A program made the translations under genes and the position numbers. Positions 46,835-54,391 of a stretch of DNA of 64,000 nucleotides are shown here, in pieces (the first letter of the stretch is position 1; every line of letters starts with the position of its first letter). Location: IMG/VR virus record IMGVR_UViG_2934356561_000002, positions 1 to 64,000 of that record; one strand, 5' to 3'. The notes under the pieces are model-generated. The model made no database searches and had not been told where the DNA came from. It saw nothing but the letters and a program-made list of their open reading frames with translations. The DNA is from a virus (Duplodnaviria; Caudoviricetes).

Positions 46835-47557
46835 TCAGGCGGCGTCGGTGCGGCGGAAGCCCATCTGTTCGGCGCGCTTGCGGGCGCGCGCGTTGATGTC
46901 GTCCTTGGTGGCCGCGATGCGCGGCGGGCCTCCGGCGGGGGCACCGGCCGGCGCTGGGGGCAATGCTCCGGCGGGCGGTGGGGTGGTGCCGAAGAGTTCG
47001 GGGCGGCGGGTCTTGAGCGCGACGGCGGCTTCCTGGAGCGTCGCTTCGTCAGCGTCGTCCGGCACGCGGAGCAGGGCCGTGGCGTCGTCGAGGTCGTCGC
47101 CGGTCGCACCGAGCCCGACGAGGACGGCGCGGCGGTTCGCGGCACGCTCACGGGCCTCGGCGGCCTTCTCGCGGGCTTCTGCCTTCGCTTCACGGTCGGC
47201 AAGCTCGCGCTCGCGCTTCTCCTGCTCGGACAGGGCGTCGTCCTGCGCCTTCCGGGCTGCGGCGATGAACGTCTCAGCGTCCTCGATGCTGCTGAAACCG
47301 TGCTTCTCCGCGAACTCCTTGGCTGCGGACCGCTTCCCCTGGGCCTTCTCCTTCGCGGCGAGCGCCTCGACTTCGGCCTGAGTGAAGGTGCGCTGCGCGG
47401 GCGGGGAGGGCTTCGGCGGGTCTGTCGGGTCCGGGGCGCCCCCAGCGGGCGGGTCGCCGCCGTCGTTGTAGAACACGCCGAGTCCGGTGACGCCGGCGTA
47501 GGGGTGCGCCCACACCGTGTTGGCGGGGGTGGTGTGGTGCTGCGTGGGGCGACGCAT
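46835..47557 (-). CDS. Capsid scaffolding protein
   Basis: TFTQAEVE, coiled coil, RRPELF; RBS GGAGG. Confidence 0.8.
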   Translation of the reverse strand: MRRPTQHHTTPANTVWAHPYAGVTGLGVFYNDGGDPPAGGAPDPTDPPKPSPPAQRTFTQAEVEALAAKEKAQGKRSAAKEFAEKHGFSSIEDAETFIAAARKAQDDALSEQEKRERELADREAKAEAREKAAEARERAANRRAVLVGLGATGDDLDDATALLRVPDDADEATLQEAAVALKTRRPELFGTTPPPAGALPPAPAGAPAGGPPRIAATKDDINARARKRAEQMGFRRTDAA

Positions 47558-47583
47558 GAGCGCAAGTCCTCCCAGACTCGTAC

Positions 47584-47641
47584 CAGGCCCCGCGCCTTGA
47601 TCCAAGGAAAGCACGACTGTGTTCACTTGTTGCCCCCGCTC
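47584..47641 (-). promoter_or_regulatory. Late-type promoter and leader motif of the scaffold gene
   Basis: GGGGCAACA-N17-TTTCCT-N8-GGCGCGGGGCCTG. Confidence 0.62.
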
Positions 47642-49482
47642 CCCCGCTGCCCATGCTGCGCAGGCCCGTTGCCCTGGTCATTGACGGGCACGGCGGGCAG
47701 CTGCACCGCGGGCGCGACGGGCTCGGCCGGTGCTTGGCGACCGAGGAACTTGGCGACCTCCTCCGGGTTTCCGAGGGCGTCGGCGAGGAGACGGGCCTGC
47801 TCGAAGCTGCGGGCCTGAATCTGCTCGATCTCCTTCTCCGCGTCCTCGATCGGCCACCCGGCCTCGGCCAGCATGCGGATCGCGGTCTCGAGGCTGATGA
47901 CCTTTGCCTGGTAGGCGGTGGTGACCTGCTCGAGGATGGCGGCCTTGTCGGTCGGCGTGTACGGGCCGCGGACCAACTTGGCGGGGAGCGGCGTGACACC
48001 GGCCCAGTCGGGGTGCTGGCCGGCGATAAACAGGCGCTGCACGAAGCGGAGCAGCAGCATGTCCTTGTGGGCGCGGGCGAGCCGCATCCCGGCAATGAGT
48101 GAGTCGAGCGGTCCGAGGGACAGCTGCAGGGCGTACCCGGACGGGACCTTGGACGGGTCCATGGTCCCGAGGGAAACGGCGGGGAGGCGGACGACGTTCG
48201 CGGCCCGGTCGGCAAGGTCGTGTCCGTGCTCCCGGAGTTCACGGAGCGCTGGGGACGTGTCGACGGTTGTCAGCTTGCCGTTCTCGCCCAACGTGAACAT
48301 GGCGCCAGGGCCGACGGCATACTGCTGCCTGCCGTCGGTCACGCCGGAGATCCCGACCATCGGAAGTCCGGTGGTCGCGGAGGCGCGGGCACTGTCCGTG
48401 TCGGTGGAGGCGAGCTCGTCGAACGCCTGAAGGGCCTTCGCAAGGGACGACTGCCCCCAGTGCTCCTCGGCGGGCGGAACGGTGTTCGGGGTGTGGATGA
48501 CCGGGATGAAGTCGATGTACAGGTCGAGATGGTCCAGGACCTCCCCCGCGCCGTTCGACGCGAAGACCGCCCGGTCCATGGGCAGACTGTCGACGTCGAC
48601 CGCGCCCTTCAGATCGCCGAGCTCCCACGTGGCGTCGGTGAGGTAGCACGTGCGGTAGCTGGGCCGGTCGTTCCACGCGTACTGGCGGGAGATGCCGCCC
48701 TGGGCGTCGACCTGGTCCCCGGCGCCCACTACCGGCGTGGGCGGGGTGGCCTCGGTCGTCACGGGGGCACGAACGGCCCGGCCTTGCTGGTCGACGCCGG
48801 ATGCGGTGGCCGGGCGAATCCAGTCCATCTCGTACGTGATGCGGCGCAGCCGTGCCTTCAGGCCGCGCTTCGGGTCCTCGGGGAGCTCCCAGGCAAGGTG
48901 GACGCGTTCGGGGAAGTCCGCGCCGTCACCGTCCTCGGGCAGCACCGGGAAGTAGAACCCGGGGTCGTACGTCCGAAGGCGTGGCCGCTGCTTGTCCGGG
49001 TCCCAGTACAGGAGGTATACCCCGTCCCCGAGGCCGACCGCTTTCCGCTCGCACTGGAGCATCCGCATCGGCAGGAGTTCGTCGTCGGCCCACTCCCGCA
49101 GCAGCTCCTGGACTCGATCGGCGGCCGCGGCCTCGGTCTCGTCAGCGGTGTCGGTCTGCTCGGCGCCGGGCGCGGTGATGTGCTGCTCCCGGCCCATGAC
49201 GTGGGAGACCAGCGTCTCGATGAACATCGACGGGTCGCCGAACTCGCGGCGCTCCCGTGCGGAAGCGCCGTCACGGATCTCGGCGAGCTCGGCGGCTTGG
49301 TTGTTGTCGTATGCGGCGAGCAGCTTGTACGCGGACAGGCGGCGTTCGTCGGCGGCCGGTACCCAGGAGGCGTGAGCTTCGGAGAACGCGCGGCGGTTGG
49401 GCATGCCGAGCGACGGGTCGCTGTAGATCGGCTTGTAGTTCAGCCACGACCATGCGTCGATGACCACGCTCTTGAGGCCCAC
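47623..49482 (-). CDS. Portal protein
   Basis: About 620 aa between terL and scaffold; GLGDGVYLL, FIPVIH, SGYALQL, ISLETAI. Confidence 0.85.
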   Translation of the reverse strand: MGLKSVVIDAWSWLNYKPIYSDPSLGMPNRRAFSEAHASWVPAADERRLSAYKLLAAYDNNQAAELAEIRDGASARERREFGDPSMFIETLVSHVMGREQHITAPGAEQTDTADETEAAAADRVQELLREWADDELLPMRMLQCERKAVGLGDGVYLLYWDPDKQRPRLRTYDPGFYFPVLPEDGDGADFPERVHLAWELPEDPKRGLKARLRRITYEMDWIRPATASGVDQQGRAVRAPVTTEATPPTPVVGAGDQVDAQGGISRQYAWNDRPSYRTCYLTDATWELGDLKGAVDVDSLPMDRAVFASNGAGEVLDHLDLYIDFIPVIHTPNTVPPAEEHWGQSSLAKALQAFDELASTDTDSARASATTGLPMVGISGVTDGRQQYAVGPGAMFTLGENGKLTTVDTSPALRELREHGHDLADRAANVVRLPAVSLGTMDPSKVPSGYALQLSLGPLDSLIAGMRLARAHKDMLLLRFVQRLFIAGQHPDWAGVTPLPAKLVRGPYTPTDKAAILEQVTTAYQAKVISLETAIRMLAEAGWPIEDAEKEIEQIQARSFEQARLLADALGNPEEVAKFLGRQAPAEPVAPAVQLPAVPVNDQGNGPAQHGQRGSGGNK

Positions 49483-49499
49483 GGGGCACACCTCCGCAC

Positions 49500-49552
49500 C
49501 AGGCCCCGCGCCATGCGATCAGGTTACGGGCGCGAGCCCTGGATGCTGCCCC
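49500..49552 (-). promoter_or_regulatory. Late-type promoter and leader motif of the portal gene
   Basis: GGGGCAGCA-N17-TAACCT-N8-GGCGCGGGGCCTG. Confidence 0.65.
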
Positions 49553-49669
49553 TGCCGCATTTCGGCGAATCTGTACCGAGCCGCTGTCCTGTGTGCATAG
49601 GGTGTCCACATGGCGACCGTGTGTCGCAGCGTCACTTCCCCCTGCACGTCTATCGAAAGGGGAGCAGTG

Positions 49670-49792
49670 ATGGCTGGACGTCGCAGGAAGCCGCGTGTGA
49701 AACGAGGTGGGGCCCTGAGAACAGGGCTCGATGTTGCACTTTGGGTCCTACGCCTGGCTCAGTTAGCAGCCGACCAGGGGTGGATCTCCTAG
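49670..49792 (+). CDS. 40-aa basic/amphipathic peptide (moron)
   Basis: RBS AAGGGGAG; followed by a terminator-like hairpin at about 49824-49860. Confidence 0.5.
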   Translation: MAGRRRKPRVKRGGALRTGLDVALWVLRLAQLAADQGWIS

Positions 49793-50082
49793 CGCAACGG
49801 TCCCGGCTCAGGGCCGCCTCAACCGGCCCCCGGTGACCATCGGTCGCCGGGGGTCTTCTCGTGCAACTCGGGGCACTATTTAGTGCGCTGGTGTTGCCTA
49901 GGCCAATGTAGCCATGCGACACGATAATTGCAGCATGTTCTTGCGGGTTCCTACTCGGTTTTGCGATGCGCTACGTCAGCCCGTAATGCTCTCGCCTGCG
50001 ATTTCGCCGATCCGGATTCGCTGTTCGGGAATCACGTATTTCATACCCGTATTGCATCTGTCATATGCCAGAGGGATGCAGG

Positions 50083-51630
50083 CTACCGGCGTCCGGCCAG
50101 CCGTTGGTCGCTGTACGGTCTGCTGCCAGTGGACAGGGAAGCGGGGTCGGCGAGTTCTGTAAGCCCGTGCACGGCGGCATCCATGCGGTCGGGGCTGTCC
50201 ATGCCTGGGATCCAGGTGACCATCTGCCGCTCCAGCTCGGGGAACTCGCCGATGTGGTGCGCTTTCCCCTGTTCGTAGAGCTGGGCGATCGGTTCGGCGC
50301 GCAGTCTCTTGCCCTGCTTGGCGCTGACCTCCACGATCCGCGGCATCGACATGCCCTTGGTGAGGCCTTCACGCTCCAGCTCGGCCCAGGCCTGGAGGAC
50401 GACTTGACGGGTCATGTCGCCACCAAAGTTCGTCTCCACGACGAAGGCGTCCGCGCCGAGCTCAATGGTCAGAAGGCAAGCTTCGCGACCCCACGCGTTG
50501 GCGCCGTGCCTGCCAGACTTGTCGGCCAGTACGTACAGCTCGCCGTTCGTGTCCCGGCCTGAGGCGACGATGCCGGTCTCGTCGTGGGTGTGGCTGGAGC
50601 CACCGGAGGGGTCGATGGCCACGACGATACGGGCGAGGTCGACGCCGCGGAAGGCGACGGAGGAGACGCGATTGCCGGTGATCCATGCCCACTGCCAGAC
50701 GCCTCCTTCGAGCGGTCTCGGCTGCTGCTGATAGAGGGACCACCAGACGCGTTCGCCGACGCTCTTGCGGATACGGGCGTAGTCCTCTGTGGAGAACCGG
50801 TCTGGCCAGAGAGCTTCGCCGGGCTGTCGGCCGAGGGGGTCGTCGGAGGTGAGGGCGATGGCTGGCAGGTCGATGACGATCCAGTCTTCGGGTTCCTCTT
50901 TCAAGAGCCGGCCCGAGAGGTCGTCGTCGTCCCAGCGGGTGTTCACCAGCAGCACGGAGCCTTGGGGTTCGAGACGGGTGAGGAGAACGGCCTGCCACCA
51001 GTCCCACACACGGTCGCGCATGGTGGGGGATCCGGCGTCTTCGGAGCCTTTGAAGGGGTCGTCCACAGCCGCAACGTGCGCGCCGCGGCCCGTGAGCGCC
51101 CCTCCGACGCCTGCGGTGACCATGCCGCCTTCGTGGCCGTTGATGTCGAAGCGGTTGGCTGCCTGGGATCCGTAGCGGAGGTCGATGCCGAGAGTGGGGG
51201 CGTGTTCGGTGATGGTGTTGCGGACCCATCGCCCGTGGTCGTCGGCGAGGTGGGCAGCGTAGGAGGCGAGCATGAAGCGGTGGTCGGGTTGCCTGCGCAG
51301 GTACCAGACGGGGCCCCAGCGGGAGGTACGACGGGACTTCCCGGCGCGCGGCGGCATGGTCACCATGACCTTCAGGCGTTCGCCAGCGGCGATGCGCTGG
51401 TAAATCCGGTCGATGATGTCCAGGTGGGGGGCCTGCATTTCGCGGCCGCCGGTGAGCACGCTGGACATGGCCCCGGGTGAGCGGTCCAGGGCCATGCCGC
51501 GCTCCACATGGGCGAGGCGGAGGCGTAGGTCGGGGGATGCGTGCCCGGCGATACGGCGCCGCTCTGCAACTGGGAGGGATCGGTAAAGGGCGAGGGCTTC
51601 CCCTTCCAGGTCAAGCGCCGTTGTCGTCAT
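50083..51630 (-). CDS. terL: Terminase large subunit
   Basis: MPPRAGKS Walker A, AAVDDPFK Walker B, TRWDDDD, AIDPS, DRMDA nuclease motifs. Confidence 0.95.
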   Translation of the reverse strand: MTTTALDLEGEALALYRSLPVAERRRIAGHASPDLRLRLAHVERGMALDRSPGAMSSVLTGGREMQAPHLDIIDRIYQRIAAGERLKVMVTMPPRAGKSRRTSRWGPVWYLRRQPDHRFMLASYAAHLADDHGRWVRNTITEHAPTLGIDLRYGSQAANRFDINGHEGGMVTAGVGGALTGRGAHVAAVDDPFKGSEDAGSPTMRDRVWDWWQAVLLTRLEPQGSVLLVNTRWDDDDLSGRLLKEEPEDWIVIDLPAIALTSDDPLGRQPGEALWPDRFSTEDYARIRKSVGERVWWSLYQQQPRPLEGGVWQWAWITGNRVSSVAFRGVDLARIVVAIDPSGGSSHTHDETGIVASGRDTNGELYVLADKSGRHGANAWGREACLLTIELGADAFVVETNFGGDMTRQVVLQAWAELEREGLTKGMSMPRIVEVSAKQGKRLRAEPIAQLYEQGKAHHIGEFPELERQMVTWIPGMDSPDRMDAAVHGLTELADPASLSTGSRPYSDQRLAGRR

Positions 51631-52135
51631 CCTGTCCCTCGGTGCTACTGGTGGTCTCTGGGTCGCCTGCGGTGGCCATGAGGGAGGTCAGCTCGGCAAG
51701 GGTGTTGCCCAGCGGAATGGCACCGCCTTCCGGCCCTGAGACCTCGTTCTTGACGGGCATGTCGAGGCCGTTGAGCTTGGCCCGGCGGTCCATGAGCTTG
51801 AGGACGGTATCGACGGCCTTCAGGTCGATTTCCCGGGCTATCTCGATGCCTTCGCGGTCGAAGACAGGGCTGGGGGTGGTGGCCTTGCCCCAGACGGCTT
51901 CGAGGAGGGAATCGAGGCGTTCGTTCTCCTGCTGCCGGTACACGCTGACCTCCGCGGCTTCGTCGTCGCGGCGTGCCTGGAGGCCGCGGATGACGTCCTT
52001 GCTCGCGGCACCGGGGGTGGAGTAGCCGAGGGCGAGAATCCGCGGGTCGTCGTACTTGACGCCCTGAAGGCGTAGCTGGAACAGCTTGGTGCGTCGTTCG
52101 GAGGTGAGGGCTTGCTTGGCTTTGGAGGCTGGCAT
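51611..52135 (-). CDS. terS: Terminase small subunit
   Basis: Overlaps terL; RRAKLNGLD...EVSGPEGGAI. Confidence 0.8.
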   Translation of the reverse strand: MPASKAKQALTSERRTKLFQLRLQGVKYDDPRILALGYSTPGAASKDVIRGLQARRDDEAAEVSVYRQQENERLDSLLEAVWGKATTPSPVFDREGIEIAREIDLKAVDTVLKLMDRRAKLNGLDMPVKNEVSGPEGGAIPLGNTLAELTSLMATAGDPETTSSTEGQDDDNGA

Positions 52136-52164
52136 GGCGGTCGGGGCTCCCGCTTTGTTGTCGT

Positions 52165-52221
52165 CAGGCCCCGCGCCTGTTACTGATGATCCCCGATGTG
52201 GGGGTTTTCCTTCCCCCTGCC
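52165..52221 (-). promoter_or_regulatory. Late-type promoter and leader motif of terS
   Basis: GGGGGAAGG-N17-GATCAT-N8-GGCGCGGGGCCTG. Confidence 0.58.
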
Positions 52222-52246
52222 CGGCCTGGGTGGCATTCTGCGCCGC

Positions 52247-52933
52247 ATGAGACGTATGCGTGGGGTGGGGGCGGTCGTGGTGGGGATCGCCGCGGCGGTC
52301 GTGTTGTCCGGGTGTGGAAGTAGCGGCGGTGATGAGGCGAAGCCGGCCCCGTCTGCGTCGAAAGGGGCCGTCGATCCGAAGCCCTCGGAGCCGGAGCCGT
52401 CGGTGGAGTACCCAGCGACACCTGAGGGCGACGTCGACAGGCTTGCGGATGAGAAGGGGTGGGTTGTCGACGATCTGTACCCGTCGGCGTCGGACTTCGT
52501 GGCGGACATCTGTGAGTCGCTGCCGGTGAGCGCAGTGGATGGGGCGTCGCGGCCGCAGTGGCTGGCCGAGTCCGGGAACATGGACGGCGACGGCAAGGCG
52601 GTGCTGCAGGCGGGGATCCCGAAGCTGTGCCCGAAGTGGACGTCGGTGCTGAAGCAGGCGGTGTCGGGGAAGTACGACCGCTGGTTCGGTGACGGCACGT
52701 ATGTGGTGTCGAGCAAGCCAGCGGCCGCCGACGAGAACGAGGAAACGATCCCGCCGGGCACGTACCGGGCCAGGGGCAGCATGAAGGACTGCTACTGGGA
52801 GCGGACGGCAAAGTCCGGGGACATCATCGACAACCGTCTCGCGACATCGGCGCAGGAGATCAGGGTGACGATACGGGCGTCGGACGGGCAGTTCACATCG
52901 GAGCGGTGCGCGGTCTGGAAGCCGGTGAAGTAG
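52247..52933 (+). CDS. Lipoprotein (possible exclusion factor)
   Basis: Signal peptide with lipobox VLSGC; C-terminal PPGTYR...CYWER...IIDN domain. Confidence 0.8.
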   Translation: MRRMRGVGAVVVGIAAAVVLSGCGSSGGDEAKPAPSASKGAVDPKPSEPEPSVEYPATPEGDVDRLADEKGWVVDDLYPSASDFVADICESLPVSAVDGASRPQWLAESGNMDGDGKAVLQAGIPKLCPKWTSVLKQAVSGKYDRWFGDGTYVVSSKPAAADENEETIPPGTYRARGSMKDCYWERTAKSGDIIDNRLATSAQEIRVTIRASDGQFTSERCAVWKPVK

Positions 52934-53081
52934 GCACTGACACGAAGCCGGGTCTGGTGTTTGGGTTTCCGGGGGTTATGCGTGGCACGGCCTGGCCGGG
53001 GAGTGGGCGCGGGGACACCGGGGCTCCCTGGCCGGCCGTGCAGTTCAATCATGGCGTATGGATGGGGGTTTGTCCGGGCTG

Positions 53082-53558
53082 CTACTCCCCCGGCCGCGGC
53101 TTCGGGGTGATGGGCCGGTTGATGTGGGGGTGTTCGACTTCGACGCCGATGCCTGCGGCTCGGAGGCCGATGGCGATCTCCTCAGCAACTGCAACTGAGC
53201 GATGGCGACCTCCCCCACACATCACGTGAATGTCGACGCGGAGAGCCTGCGGGCCTGCCCACTGGTGCAGGTTCTCAGGCGCGAGGAGGAAGCGGGCCTT
53301 GGCGACGACCTGGTCGACGAGGCGACAGGCTCCAGGGGTCGCCATGACGTAGCGGCGGACTTCGGGGTTGAGACCGTTGGACTCCATCATGCGGGCACGG
53401 ACGGCGGGGTCTTCGGGCGGGTTACGGAGACCTCGGGTGTCGACGTGGAGGGCGTTGCCGGTGGGGGTGTCGGCGTGGTTTTCGCCGTAGCTGGTGATGA
53501 CGGTCTGGATGTGGCGGGTGCTGTAGAGGGCGGAGAGGTCGTCAGGGGCGGCGTCCAT
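53082..53558 (-). CDS. RapZ C-terminal-domain-like protein
   Basis: ITSYG...DTRGLRNP...CGGGRHRSVAVAEE...EHPHI. Confidence 0.8.
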   Translation of the reverse strand: MDAAPDDLSALYSTRHIQTVITSYGENHADTPTGNALHVDTRGLRNPPEDPAVRARMMESNGLNPEVRRYVMATPGACRLVDQVVAKARFLLAPENLHQWAGPQALRVDIHVMCGGGRHRSVAVAEEIAIGLRAAGIGVEVEHPHINRPITPKPRPGE

Positions 53559-53586
53559 GTGTCCTCCGGGCGAGTGGTGGGCTGGG

Positions 53587-54222
53587 CTATTGGCCGGCGT
53601 GGGAGGCGCGGCGGATGGTGGAGTCGATGAGGCCGAGGGCGTCGGTGGCAGTGCGGCCAGGGGCCCGGTTCCATCCGCCGATAAGTCCCGTCCACCCTTG
53701 GTGTCGGAGTTCGGTGAGGAGCCATGCGCCGGCCTGGTTCATGGTGTCGGTGGATCCATAGCCGAGGCGGTGCGCGGTGAGCATCCCGCCGCACACGCAT
53801 CGGGCGCCGCGCCCGTTCCGAAGCCGGTACGGCTCGTTCATCCATCCCCACTCCACAATCACCTGACGGGCGTAGGCAAGGTGCGTGGAGGGTCGGATGT
53901 CGGCCTGTCCGATACGGCGCCAGGTGTGGAGGCGGTCGGGGAGGATCGCGCCGATACGGCCGGGGAGGGCGCGTTCGGTGGGCGGTAGGGCGGGGATGGA
54001 GCGGACGGCGTCGGTAATGAGCTGGTCGACGGGAACGGAGAGAAGGTTCCGCCAATCCCCTGGTCCAGCGTCTGCCGGGGCCTGGGGCGCTTCGGCTGCC
54101 GCGCGCGGGGTGGGCTCGGGGGCGGTGTACTGCCAGTTGGTGACGATCTGCTGCCAGACGGCGGTGTCGTAGAGGCGGGCGGCCTTGAGGTCGAGCTGGT
54201 CGGGGGTCAGGGTGGCGGTCAC
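53587..54222 (-). CDS. DUF6197-like protein of actinomycete conjugative elements
   Basis: EWGW...GARCVCG...WNRAPGRT. Confidence 0.7.
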   Translation of the reverse strand: MTATLTPDQLDLKAARLYDTAVWQQIVTNWQYTAPEPTPRAAAEAPQAPADAGPGDWRNLLSVPVDQLITDAVRSIPALPPTERALPGRIGAILPDRLHTWRRIGQADIRPSTHLAYARQVIVEWGWMNEPYRLRNGRGARCVCGGMLTAHRLGYGSTDTMNQAGAWLLTELRHQGWTGLIGGWNRAPGRTATDALGLIDSTIRRASHAGQ

Positions 54223-54391
54223 AGAGTCTCCAGGGGATGGTCCCTTCTCGTGGTGAGGGGGATGTCGATGTGGTTGGTTCGGAGCGCCCGTCGTAGGGGC
54301 TTCGGTGTTCGGTGGTGTGGGGGGCGAGTTGTGTGATGAGGAGCCGCCCGCCGGGGAGGCGGGCGGCGATCACCTGGTGCGGGGTGGTGGT

